Assembly (NCBI GenBank): GCA_047459655.1
Contig: JAJREF010000001.1
Coordinates: 544,001-608,000 of the forward strand
Origin: Rhabdochlamydiaceae bacterium
Lineage (GTDB): Bacteria > Chlamydiota > Chlamydiia > Chlamydiales > Rhabdochlamydiaceae
DNA length: 64,000 nt
Direction: 5' to 3'
Part shown: positions 48,913 through 60,062 of the stretch, piece after piece
How the letters are laid out: every line of letters begins with the position of its first letter
Position numbering within the stretch: the stretch's first letter is position 1
Notes under the pieces: model-generated
The model's database searches: none
Told to the model about the DNA's origin: nothing
What the model saw: the letters and a program-made list of their open reading frames with translations, nothing else
Translations under genes and position numbers: made by a program

Positions 48913-49479
48913 ATGTCTTATTTACGGATGATTCCTGCAGCGCTCATTGTTTCTGTTTTATTTTTTCATTTTCCTCAAATCCTTGGTGTGATCCAATTGA
49001 ACGATGTGATGACACCCGATCAACAACAAAAAACAGGCATTGACAAACTGAGCCGAGCACAGAAAAACCAGTTAGAGACATGGATTAACGATAAATTTGT
49101 CTTAAAACCAGTTGCCGCTGCAAATACCGCACCTAACACGCCCCCTGCACCAGCTACACCTCCTATGCCTGCAGGACCAATGCCTCCCGCTGGTCTAAAA
49201 GATCTCTATGTTTCAGAGAATTTAGATGGAGGGGCAAAGCTCCAACTAAGCAATGGCGATACCTATGAGGTCCACCCCAGTGATAGAGACATCAGCTCAG
49301 CGTGGCTTCTCCCGTCAAACATCAGCATCACGCCCAACAAAGACCCTGAATATCCCATTAATCTGACCAATACCGTCTCTAAGACAACTGTCAGGACAAG
49401 GAAGTTCAATCCCAATCAGCCCCCTGCAACCACCGCTCCCAAAGGCGGATCTTCCAACCTGCAAAAGCCCACTAAGTAA
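48913..49479 (+). CDS. Hypothetical exported protein with Pro-rich linker
   Basis: Signal peptide, MTPDQQQKTGIDKLS, LQLSNGDTYEV; AGGAG RBS. Confidence 0.75.
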   Translation: MSYLRMIPAALIVSVLFFHFPQILGVIQLNDVMTPDQQQKTGIDKLSRAQKNQLETWINDKFVLKPVAAANTAPNTPPAPATPPMPAGPMPPAGLKDLYVSENLDGGAKLQLSNGDTYEVHPSDRDISSAWLLPSNISITPNKDPEYPINLTNTVSKTTVRTRKFNPNQPPATTAPKGGSSNLQKPTK

Positions 49480-49486
49480 TACCCTC

Positions 49487-49515
49487 TTGATTTTACTTGG
49501 GCATAGAGTTACAAT
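49487..49515 (+). promoter_or_regulatory. Sigma66-type promoter for clpB
   Basis: TTGATT-17 nt-TACAAT, then AGGAGG RBS. Confidence 0.55.
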
Positions 49516-49546
49516 CCTCAACTCGTAGATTTTGTTAGGAGGATGT

Positions 49547-52138
49547 ATGAATCCGCAGTTCACCGAATCTGTCTCTACAGCCTTGCAAGAAGCTGTCCAA
49601 CAAGCCCAAGAGCAAAGACACACAGAAGTTACAGAAAATACACTCTTGCATGTTTTTTTCTCAGATCCTCAAGGGTATTTTTCTACGCTAGCTACCTCTA
49701 TAAATTTAAACCCACAAAAGCTCCTAGCTGAGCTGAAAGAACAAATCAAAAAAATCCCCATCTTTGAAGGAAAAGCCGAGGCACCCATTTTTTCTGTAGC
49801 TTTGGGCACACGCATCGGAGAAGCGCAAGCAATTGCTAAAAATGGAAAGATGACTATATCTCCTCTGATCACCTCTTCCTTGCTTTCTGGCAACATGCAG
49901 GAGAGCCTTTTGCAAGCTGGAAAAAACAATCCCATCTTTCTACTAAAGAAATCGAAGAGAGAATAAAGAGTATCAGAGGGAGCCACCGGATGGATTCTCC
50001 AACAGCTGAGGCAAATCTGCAATCTCTCGATAAATACTGTAAAAATCTTACCGCTCTTGCAAGAGAAGGAAAGCTTGATCCTGTTATTGGAAGAGATGAA
50101 GAGATCAGAAGGACAATGCAAACGCTTTCTAGACGAACAAAAAACAACCCCCTCTTATTGGAGAACCAGGTGTTGGAAAAACCGCCATTGCGGAAGGGCT
50201 AGCCAGTCGTATTATTCAAGGAGATGTTCCCGATTCTCTTAAAGGAAAAAAACTCTTTGCACTCGATATGGGCAGCCTCATTGCAGGAACAAAATTCCGT
50301 GGAGAATTCGAAGAACGACTCAAGAGCATTCTCAAAGAAATTGAAAGCAGTGATGGCAATGTCATTCTTTTTATTGACGAGATCCACACACTTGTCGGAG
50401 CTGGAGCAAATGAAGGAGCTATGGATGCCGCCAATCTCCTTAAGCCAGCCCTTGCGCGAGGCACTCTCCATTGCATAGGAGCGACCACCCTTGCAGAATA
50501 TAAAAAATATATCGAAAAAGATGCTGCTCTGGAGCGAAGATTTCAAAAGGTCGTTATCGAAGAGCCCTCTCCAGAAGATGCCATTGCAATATTAAGAGGC
50601 CTGAAAGAAAAATATGAGATTTACCACGGCGTGCGTATCACAGAAGGTGCTCTCCATGGAGCTGTCATGTTATCCACACGCTACCTCCCCGATCGCCAAC
50701 TTCCTGACAAAGCAATTGATCTTATCGATGAAGCAGCTAGTATGATTCGGATGCAACTAGGCGCTCTTCCCCTACCAATCGATCTTAAAGAAAGGGCTTT
50801 TTCTAAACTACTTGTTAAACAAGAAGCATTAAAAAGAGAAAAACTCCCGTATCACAATCAGAACTTGAACTACTTGCCAAAGAAATCAGCCAAGAAAAAG
50901 AAGAACTCTCCCTTCTCAAAGAGAAATGGAATCATGAAAAAAAACTCATCGAATTTCTCAAAGAGAAAAAAATAAACTCGAGATGCTCAGATTCCAAGAA
51001 GAAGAAGCTGAAAGAGCCTCTGACTTTAATAAAGTAGCTGAAATCCGGTATGATAAAATCCCTGCCACTCAAAAAGAACTCGAAGCAGCGCAGAAAAATT
51101 TAAGCCACCTCAAAGAACGTCTTCTCCAAGAAGAAGTCGATGAGCAGCTTATTGCACAAATCATGAGCAAAGTGGACCGGCATCCCCGTCCAAAAAATGC
51201 TCGAAGGAGAAGCAGAAAAACTCCTTCACCTTGAAAAAGATTTAGAAAAGAGCGTCATAGGACAACCTTTTGCAATACAAGCTATCAGCGAAGCAATCCG
51301 CAGATCTCGGACAGGCCTAAGCGATCCTGGCAGACCTGTAGGGGTTTTTCTCTTTGTAGGACCTACTGGCGTTGGAAAAACAGAACTTGCCAAAGCATTA
51401 GCGAAACAACTTTTCAACCAAGATGAAGCTATGATCCGCCTTGACATGTCTGAATACATGGAAAAACACACCGTTTCCAAGCTCATCGGGTCACCCCCAG
51501 GTTATATCGGCTATGAAGAAGGAGGGCAGCTGACAGAAGCAATCCGACGTCATCCCTACAGCGTCGTGCTCCTGGACGAAATTGAAAAAGCCCATCCCGA
51601 TATTTTCAATATCCTTCTACAAATTTTTGATGATGGACGTATTACAGATAGCAAAGGACGCACTGTCAATTGCAAAAATGCAATTTTTATAATGACCTCT
51701 AATCTTGGATCAAAGCAGGTTATAGATAAAATTTCCGCACAAGAAACAGAGTGGCAAAAAGAAGAAATGCTAGCTCTTATTAAGCCTGCATTGGAAAAAC
51801 ATTTTCGCCCCGAATTTCTAAATAGACTCGATGAGATCTTGCCATTTTTACCATTACAACAAAAAGAGATGGAAAGAATTGTTTTGATCCAACTCAAACA
51901 AGCAGAACATCGTCTTCAAGATAGAAAAATTGCTCTCCAATGGTCCCCCGAAGTCCTCTCATTCCTCGCACATGAAGGATACGACCCTCTCTATGGAGCA
52001 AGACCTCTTAAAAGACTCATCCAGCATAGAGTGATTAACCCTCTATCAACAGCTTTGCTAAAAGGAGAGATTAAAGATCATCAAGACGTCTTACTAGAAC
52101 TAGATAAGGAAAAAAAAATCATCACTTATACCATTTAA
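49547..52138 (+). CDS. clpB: Chaperone ClpB (several frameshifts)
   Basis: [32 protein letters not shown], middle-domain coiled coil, [23 protein letters not shown]. Confidence 0.95.
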
Positions 52139-52145
52139 CGGTATC

Positions 52146-52393
52146 AGACCTCTTGCGTATTATACCAACCCTCACTAATAAACCGACATTGTAGCCGCGT
52201 CAAAGCCCTGGGGTTGAGCGATTGCAAACTGGTTTGTATTGTATTAATACTAACCAGTTTGCAATCGCTCAACCCCAGGGCTTTGACGCGGCTACAATGT
52301 CGGTTTATCAGTGAGGATTGGTATTAAGCATTCGTCGCAAATAGGCTCAAAAGAACCCGAAATTTGACTGAACCTGAGTTTTGCAACTACCTC
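52146..52393. mobile_element. Family D element remnant hosting the family C palindrome
   Basis: Left end AGACCTCTTGCGTATT resembles 54585-54600; right end matches 25453-25479. Confidence 0.55.
52163..52323. repeat. Foldback palindrome, family C (~79-bp arms, 3 mismatches, 5-nt loop), flanked by TTA/TTA
   Basis: TACCAACCCTCACTAATAAACCGACATTGTAGCCGCG... with mirrored right arm; TTA at 52160-52162 and 52324-52326. Confidence 0.93.
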
Positions 52394-52457
52394 TGCACAA
52401 CTCTTTTAATCCGCGGAAAAAGCGCGATTTTAGTGGGTTACAAGAGTTGTACAAGGA
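52389..52457 (+). mobile_element. Internally deleted MITE family B
   Basis: ACCTCTGCACAACTC joined to GCGGAAAAAGCGCGATTTTAG...AGAGTTGT, as at 14223-14260. Confidence 0.7.
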
Positions 52458-53135
52458 TTAGAAATTTTTTAAACGCTTAAAAGCAGTGTAGTGAGTTGCA
52501 ATATCGCTTGCCACTTTATCCAGATCATCTGTAATGATCATCGATTTAATATCATCTGAGTCAATATATCCAGATTTAAAAGGCATACTAGTTAGCCAAT
52601 CTATAAGACCTGTCCAGAAGCTTTTTCCAATCAAGTAGACAGGGAAAGGGTCAATTTTTTTCGTCTTAATAAGAGTAAGAGCTTCGAAAAGTTCATCCAA
52701 TGTGCCAAAGCCTCCAGGAAAGACAATAAACGCTTGAGCATAACGGACAAACATTACCTTACGAACAAAAAAGTAGCGAAAAGACAGTAGGTATTCAGGA
52801 TCTATAAAAAGGTTAGGCTTCTCTTCACCGGGAAGATCAATACAAACACCACAAGATCTTCCTTTAGCATGTCTAGCCCCTGCATTTGCAGCTTCCATAA
52901 TGCCAGGGCCACCACCTGTGATTACGCCAAACCCTTTTAAAACAACTTTTTCTCCCATAGAAAATGCAAATTGATAAAAAGGATCTGTTTTTTTTGTTTG
53001 AGATGAACCAAAAAAAGCAACAGAAGGCCCTATAGACGTCATTGCTTTGAAACCTTCAACAAACTCTGATAAAATGCGAAAAAGCCTCCACACATCCAGC
53101 TCCCCTGAAAACTGTTCTGGAGTTTCATTAGACAT
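52458..53135 (-). CDS. LOG-family (TIGR00730-like) nucleotide phosphoribohydrolase
   Basis: TGGGPGIMEAAN, FRYFFVRK, PGGFGTLDE. Confidence 0.9.
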   Translation of the reverse strand: MSNETPEQFSGELDVWRLFRILSEFVEGFKAMTSIGPSVAFFGSSQTKKTDPFYQFAFSMGEKVVLKGFGVITGGGPGIMEAANAGARHAKGRSCGVCIDLPGEEKPNLFIDPEYLLSFRYFFVRKVMFVRYAQAFIVFPGGFGTLDELFEALTLIKTKKIDPFPVYLIGKSFWTGLIDWLTSMPFKSGYIDSDDIKSMIITDDLDKVASDIATHYTAFKRLKNF

Positions 53136-53143
53136 CAAACCTC

Positions 53144-54047
53144 TTATTGAACAGAAGAATCTGTTAGGGGCCTTCTTGCTTTCTTTTTGTGAGGAAGATT
53201 TGCCTCTTTACCATGGGCTACTTCATGGAGATTTTCTATGGCCATAAAGGCAGAAGGATCTTCCCTTAGAACAATCTCTTTAAGCTCAGAAAGATCTAGG
53301 CGTTCTATAATGATAAATAGTATTTCTTTTTGGTTTCCTGAGAAACCACCACGTCCATGCATGAGCGTTAATCCTAATCCAAGCTCTTGCATAATTACAT
53401 CCGCAAGTTCTCTTGGCTTCGAAGAGATAATCAATACAGACTTCAGTTCATCAAGCCCTACGATCACAAGATCGATCATCTTAAATGCCACTACATAGGT
53501 GATCATCGACTGAAGAGCGATGTGCCAGTTGAGGGTAACAAATCCGTATGCGCCAAAAACAAACACGTTGATAAACATGATCACTTGACCAACTGTGTAT
53601 CCTTTTTCGGTTGATGATGATTGCCAAAATTTCCGTTCCATCAACACAGCCTCCATTACGAATCACCAACCCTGCACCCACACCCAAAAGAGCCCCACCC
53701 ACAACAATCACCTCAATCAGATCAGCTTCAAAAGGAGGAACTTTCTGTAAAAGCAAGAGGAACCCCGCAAATAAAATAACCGCTACAAACATATGCACTA
53801 CAAAAGTACGTCTGATATGTTTATACGCAAGAAAGATAAAAGGGAGATTGAGAAGCACAAGAAAATAAGGGAGGTATTGATCTCCGAAAATCCGTGCAAG
53901 GATCAAAGCAATACCGACAGCACCTCCGTCAATTAAACCACTTGGCAGTAGAAAAATCCGAATAGCGAAAGCAGCTAAAAAAGCACCTACGGTAATCCAG
54001 AAATAACTCATAACATGGTAAGAAGTAGATTTGTGTGAATGAGCCAT
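53144..54047 (-). CDS. YitT-family membrane protein (frameshift ~53605)
   Basis: LIDGGAVGI, LNLPFI, GGCVDGTEILA, GRGGFSG, EDPSAF. Confidence 0.88.
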
Positions 54048-54331
54048 AACACGCACCAATTAATTAAAATATCCCGAAGAAATGCAGGATACATCTCTTT
54101 ATAATCTGTGTACAGAAAAAAAACACCCCTCCTTGATAAGCCATTTGGATAAATCTGGTAAATCGAGCATGTTGGAGCCCTACCACCTCGACCTATCACA
54201 AAACCGGGCATACGAATCGCGTACACGGCTTCTCATCATTCACTCACCTTGCGCACGTAATTATAATGCTCTTGGATTTGAGTTCTTTTTTCGCTAGTTG
54301 GAAGATCGATTTGTGGGTCATATTGGCTTAA

Positions 54332-54493
54332 GGAGCCTCTGGATAAGTGCTTTGTCGGAGATTGCTGATCAGTTTTTCTAAGACGACGATTTTGGAGGAC
54401 GCAGCTAACATGCAGAATGTTAGCGAGTTCGAAAAATCTAGTATTCGCAAAATTGGCAGCAAGATTCGGCAAATGACTTGTCCCAGAGGTTCC
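54332..54493 (+). mobile_element. MITE family A (162 bp), first copy of a tandem
   Basis: TTAA 54328-54331 and 54494-54497. Confidence 0.92.
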
Positions 54494-54497
54494 TTAA

Positions 54498-54583
54498 GGA
54501 GCCTCTGGATAAGTGCTTTGTCGGAGATTGCTGATCAGTTTTTCTAAGACGACGATTTTGGAGGACGCAGCTAACGTGCAGAA
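54498..54583 (+). mobile_element. Truncated second family A copy, followed by a family D-like end
   Basis: Near-identical to 54332-54417; then AGACCCCTTGCATATT at 54585. Confidence 0.85.
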
Positions 54584-54636
54584 CAGACCCCTTGCATATT
54601 AAGGGACAAATAGAGACTTGAAGATCCATGAAAGAA

Positions 54637-54710
54637 CGCGGGAAACGGGGCTCGAACCCGTAACTTCTGCCGTGACAGGGCAGTGCTCTAACCAATTGAA
54701 CTACTCCCGC
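54637..54710 (-). tRNA. tRNA-Asp(GTC)
   Basis: GCGGGAG acceptor, CTGCC-CT-GTC-AC-GGCAG, GTTCGA. Confidence 0.96.
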
Positions 54711-54723
54711 ATATAAAAAATGT

Positions 54724-54796
54724 TGGGCGCAAAAGGACTCGAACCTATGACCACCTGTGTGTAAGACAGGCGCTCTACCAACTGAGCTATACGCCC
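54724..54796 (-). tRNA. tRNA-Val(TAC)
   Basis: GGGCGTA acceptor, CCTGT-CT-TAC-AC-ACAGG, GTTCGA. Confidence 0.96.
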
Positions 54797-54821
54797 AAAG
54801 CGAAACGTAGGGGAGTGTATC

Positions 54822-57766
54822 CTAAACAGGGTTTATCGGCAAAGGTTTTCGATCTACTGAAAAAATTTCATTTTCCTTTTCTAAAAGTTCCTTACCTCCA
54901 AACGAGACAAAAACCCCTTTTCCTTTTTGAGAAAGAAGCTCTTTAGCAACAACGTCCATGACCTCTTTTTTTGTAAGAGAAAGCAATTGTTTCCGAAATT
55001 TTTGCCTTCTTTCTTTTGTCTTTTTCTCAACTTCCCAGACATATCCAATAAAGCTCCGACTCCCTGCTGAAACAGGCGCATCTAAATGCTGGATCACCTC
55101 TAGTTTTGAGTCTTCTAAATCTCTCTGTCAAAGTCCCCATTTGCAATCGCTTCTATCGATTGTTCAAAAATTTTCAATGTATTTGCAACATGAGGATCAC
55201 GATAAGAGTGGAAAGTAAAATACCCTGTAGCAGCTCCATAGGTAGCTCCACAGCCATAAGCTCCCCCTTGCTCCCTGATCAGGGGATGTAAAATTCTATT
55301 ATCTATAAGACGAGAGCCTAAACTTAAGGCTGGAGCGTGAGGATGTAGGTAGGGAGAGACCTGGTAGGCAAGGCAATTAAAGGCAAGCGGAGAAGCAATA
55401 GGGATCCCCTGAGAAGGAGGCTCAGAAAGAGAAAGATTCCCCTTCCAAACATGACTTGCCTTGGTAGGCAGATCGAGTATCCCAAAATATTTTTCCCTTT
55501 CCAGTTGCCCTGCCATGGCATCGTCGCAGCTCAAAATCAGCCGAGGATTACAGAATGTAAAAATCTTATCCCGTACGGCGCTTAACCTCTCTATAAAAAC
55601 ATCCAGCCCCTTATGAGAAAAACTCTCCACAATCTCTTGAACTGTTTTAAAAAAAGAGAGGCCATGGCAGAGATAATTAACCTTCCCTACCGATGAAAAG
55701 CCACTTAAAGCTAATTGATTAGCATACCGCAGAGCATTGCGATTTAGTCGATTTTCAAGATTGGCATACATTTGGAGCATGAGTTCCTCTATCCGTCTCT
55801 TCTCATCTAAACGGAACGATGTTACCATTTCTTTCATGACAGAAAAAAGGGAAGAAGCATGACGGTTCAGTGCTTTCCCTCTAATCATAAGAAAGGGACT
55901 CAGCTCCTGTACATTGTCTACGTGAGGGTTTAAAGAAAAACCGCCCATAACACCAGCTGTATAAGCTTGCAGATATTCTAGATTTTCAACGTAATTTCTT
56001 TTACCAGCTCCCAGTTCAGATAAAAAACTGCTTAAGATTTGAACATAAGGAAAATCTGCTTCTGTAATCTCTGGTAGATCAAAAACTAAATCTGCATACA
56101 CAATTTGGTTGGTAAAACAAGGATGATATACAACATTTCCCTTTCTCTTAAGAACAAAGTCTTTTACTTCTGCAGGAATATCACTGATTTCAACTTTGGG
56201 AAGGCATTCAATACTTTGTTCCTCTTCCTCCTGCTGATACTGCGCAAGTTTTTTTGCTTGGTCAACGATTGCTTCCATCTCTTCTTGCGACAGATGTTTC
56301 TTAAGATCTTTGAGATCTTGTTTTTCTTTTTGGAGCTCTTGTGAGGTTAGCTGAGGATCCGGACGCATGATTAAACGAACAAAGTGAGTGTTAGAGAGCA
56401 AGTAGCGATCGATCAATCCCGTCAAGTAGCAAGGGTCTTTTGTCTTTTCAGAGTAAGCTATTAAAAAGAGAGTGAATCACTAAAGCATTTTCTGGAGCGC
56501 ATCCATGCTGCTGGCCTAGGGCTGCGCGCATAAAAAGCGTCAGTCCAAAAGGAGCATGATCCCCCGTGATTTCTGTGCGTGCAAACTCAAGCTGGTGGAT
56601 CGCTGACTCAATGAGCTTGGAAGGGATACCCGTTTCTATAATGTCTTTCAGCGTCTTTCTTAAAAGTTCTTCTAGTTGAGAAGCATCCTCTTTTCGACAC
56701 CCCTTACAAATGAGAACGTAAGGAATCTCTGACATCTCTGTGTCAATATAAGCGTCTGCCGATACGCAGAGTCCTGATTGCAACAAAGGCAACCTTAAAA
56801 GAGAGGCGTCAGTCTCCATTAAAATCGCATCAATCACATTCAACGCAAGCATAGCTTCTTGTTCATGGATAGGCACTGTCAACCATCCAAACACCACCAT
56901 CTCTTTTCTATTTAAATCTTCCGTTTCAGACACAGGATAAAAAGCCTCTTTATAGACAGGCTCTTTAAAGCGCTTCTGCGCCTTAATCGGTGGCAACGCC
57001 GGCAATTTATCAACTCCGATTAGCGCTTTTTCCTCAATGAAATCGAGGTGTTTTTCGGAGCGGGAAATTACCATAAAAGAAAAAGACACCGCGAGGGGTG
57101 GTAGTTGTCTTCATGGAACTTGATTAATTCTTCATAGGACAACTTAGGAATTTCTTTAGGGTCTCCTCCTGACACATAGGCATAGGGAAGATCAGGAACT
57201 AAACTATCCATCATCTCATGCCATATGCGCGTTTCAGAAGAATTAAAACTCCCTTTCATCTCATTCAAAACAATTCCCTTCCTCTGAAGATCAGAAAAAG
57301 GATTCGCAGGCTCTGTAAATTCCAAACGATGCCCCTCTTGTAGAAAGCTTAGCTTCTTAAGCTGAGGATGAAATACCGCATCGATATAGACTTCCATCAA
57401 ATTATAAAAATCCTTCTCGACCTGACTAGCCGCAGGATAACAGGTAAAATCAGGCCCTGTTAGGGCATTCATAAACGTGTGCAAACTACGTCGCGTCATG
57501 GCAAAAAATGGATCTTTTACAGGATATTTTTTAGAACCACAGAGCACAGTGTGCTCAAGAATATGAGCAACTCCATTAGAGTTGTAGGGTAACGTTTTAA
57601 AAGAAAGGCAGAAGAGATTCTCAGGATCCTCGTTTTCTAGATGAATCACCTCCGCTCCACTCGGCTCATGCACGATCTCTCTCAATGTGCACTTGAGCTC
57701 TTCGATGTATAATATCTTTTTTAAAATGAACGAGCGGTAACGTTCGCCTTTCTTGTCTAAAAACAT
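54822..57766 (-). CDS. M16C insulinase / presequence protease-like metallopeptidase (three frameshifts)
   Basis: HILEHTVLCGS (HxxEH), FMNALT, NEMKG, REQGGAYG, SYRDP. Confidence 0.93.
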
Positions 57767-57864
57767 AAGAGACTCATACTAAAAGATCTCACGTTTTCCA
57801 GCAACCTCACTTTCTATTTATCCCCTAAGATGGTATAATTTTTTCCATTAAACCCTGGCAGATT

Positions 57865-58840
57865 ATGAAAATAGCTCTTTCTGTTCAAAATTTATCTATC
57901 TATCCTTGCTTTCAACAACTCCATTGGAGAACTCGCATTGTCTCTATTCTTGCTGGCTGCGCTCTGACTCTTTTCTTATTCAAAAAATTTATTTTCTTAT
58001 ATACCGACAATACCCCCCACCCCCTACTAGGCCTAAGGGTCCTTCTAATATGACCCCACGCCCTAGTCTACCAGCACTAGGAGTCGCACAACCTCCAGCT
58101 CCTGTTGTTACGCCCCCACACCCTGTTTCAGCAACGACCACCACTCCTACTAGACATGCCACTTTAGCTGTCATGGCCCCACCTTCCGATCCCATAGACC
58201 AGAACCTTTTATATTATTTGCAAGCAGTTCTAAGCTTTTTTCAAAAGAGGATTTTTCAAAAAAACTAGGGACACAACTAGAAGGCTTTAAAGCAAGAGGG
58301 ATTACAACGCTAAGTGATTTAGAATGCCTTGCTCTTAGTCAGTTTAACGCTAATATCGATGAACTCGATAAAACTATGCAGGCCATTTCAGTTAATGCTC
58401 AAGATACCCAATTAAGAGGGGTCAATAGTCAAATATCCCGTGTCGCAGAAAACATCCAAGAATTCATCCAGCGATTCATAGAAACTAATAATCCTATACA
58501 AGCTATCTGCGCATCTTCCCCACAGAGAGAATTTAATCTAAGTAGCGATATCACATCTATCGAAAACAATCTTACCACTCTTAGAGATGCATGCTCGAGG
58601 CCCAATGTTCGCAACCCAGAAATAATTCAGCAAAATAAAGACAATCTATCAGGTATTGTTACTCAGCTTCGAGATCTAGATCACAAGCGCCAAAATTGCT
58701 GGCTGAAAGGATACCTATTACAACAAGATCTCCTTGGATTTTGGAATCGTTATTCCAAAAACCCTGCAAGCAGATCTCTTTCTGTTTATACAGCTTTAGA
58801 AAATACGCCACTTGAAGGGCTCTTCCAATTGGGAAGGTAA
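57865..58840 (+). CDS. Hypothetical protein with N-terminal hydrophobic segment, Pro/Thr-rich tract and coiled coil (probably one frameshifted gene)
   Basis: Consecutive ORF pieces 57865-58053, 57906-58268 and 58376-58840. Confidence 0.5.
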
Positions 58841-58842
58841 TT

Positions 58843-59610
58843 TTGGTAGCAAAAATAACATCTTATGTATCCCCTTATTGCCCCCAATTTTATTCGGGCA
58901 TCCGAGCCATCTGCGTCTTAGCAAGCAGCATCATTTTGACATGTATATTCGAATATGCTCTTTCCTATTTAAACACCCCTATCCCGAGAAATCCTCCACC
59001 TCCTGCAACCCCACAACCTCCAACACGCCCTTTAAACCCTCAAAGATTTTTGCCACATGTTGGAATTAGAACCAAAGCTGATCTGGATTGTCTGAATTAC
59101 TTTTCATTTCGTGAAACAATCATATATCTAGACAAAGAATTACAAAAATTATCTCACCATGAAGTGAAATACACTGTATACACAAAAAATACAACGACCT
59201 ACAAAATTGAAGATTTCAAAATCGAAGAAGACTATGAAAGAATAGAAGAGATGCGAAACCATATTGAAAAATTCGTAAGCGCAATCGAATATATCCTTAA
59301 ACTAGTTATGCTCGCATACCGAGACACTATCGAAGTGTACCCAAACTATACCCAAGACTGTCTAAATCTTGATAAAGCCATCTTGGAAGTCAAGGACTCT
59401 TTGGATCAGCTATCTGCTCAATGCTTCTTTTGTTCCATAGATGAACAATTTCACCCACGTCCCACAGGCATAAAGACCCTCAACGAAATAAAAAATCAAC
59501 TAAAAGCGATGGAAATAGGATACCAGGAACTTTTGCTAAAAGATACATCCATCAAGAAAATCTATCTAATTTTTGGGCTCAGACAAGAGAAAGATCCCTT
59601 TCTAGCCTGA
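58843..59610 (+). CDS. Hypothetical protein with N-terminal hydrophobic segment, Pro-rich tract and helical domain
   Basis: 255 aa; RNPPPPATPQPPTRP. Confidence 0.7.
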   Translation: MVAKITSYVSPYCPQFYSGIRAICVLASSIILTCIFEYALSYLNTPIPRNPPPPATPQPPTRPLNPQRFLPHVGIRTKADLDCLNYFSFRETIIYLDKELQKLSHHEVKYTVYTKNTTTYKIEDFKIEEDYERIEEMRNHIEKFVSAIEYILKLVMLAYRDTIEVYPNYTQDCLNLDKAILEVKDSLDQLSAQCFFCSIDEQFHPRPTGIKTLNEIKNQLKAMEIGYQELLLKDTSIKKIYLIFGLRQEKDPFLA

Positions 59611-59638
59611 AATCACTAGGGTTCTCTTTCTTAGATTT

Positions 59639-60058
59639 TTATCGCATAAACTCTTTAAACTGCTCCTCTAGAGAAGAAGGAACCACTTCTTGAATACCTG
59701 TCTTATCATACATAAGAAAGTAGGTACAAGCGACCATGATGCCCAAGGCGGGGCTAAAAAGAGCAACAACAAGAGCAACTGCGCAAACAGAGGAACGCTT
59801 AAGTGCGATCCACTTCTTACGTAATACACTTTGACAAGCTTTGAAGCGAAAAAATGTCACCAGATTAGCAACGAAAAATACCGTGAAAAGGCATAACGTA
59901 TATCCTAACCAAACTACATCTCCAAGGAAAAGCACAAAGAATAAAAGACGTGCTGTCAAAGAGGAAAAAAACCGATCTTTCTTAGACACTTGTGGTTCTA
60001 CTTGTACAGCTTCCGCTTGTGGAGCGTCTTTAGAATGAGAGATGTCATAAATTGGCAT
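59639..60058 (-). CDS. Conserved hypothetical membrane protein
   Basis: 139 aa, 3 hydrophobic segments, downstream of sthA. Confidence 0.7.
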   Translation of the reverse strand: MPIYDISHSKDAPQAEAVQVEPQVSKKDRFFSSLTARLLFFVLFLGDVVWLGYTLCLFTVFFVANLVTFFRFKACQSVLRKKWIALKRSSVCAVALVVALFSPALGIMVACTYFLMYDKTGIQEVVPSSLEEQFKEFMR

Positions 60059-60062
60059 ACGT

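Noticed and set aside
49480..49546. CIRCE (HrcA) operator upstream of clpB
   Set aside because: No adequate match to TTAGCACTC-N9-GAGTGCTAA
54008..54226. KH-like motif PGFVIGRGG in a short minus-strand ORF upstream of yitT
   Set aside because: Surrounding sequence does not resemble a KH fold and the ORF is short; probably chance
54328..54600. CRISPR array or integron cassette array
   Set aside because: Repeats are 162-bp elements with TIRs and no unique spacers; no cas gene or integron integrase is present
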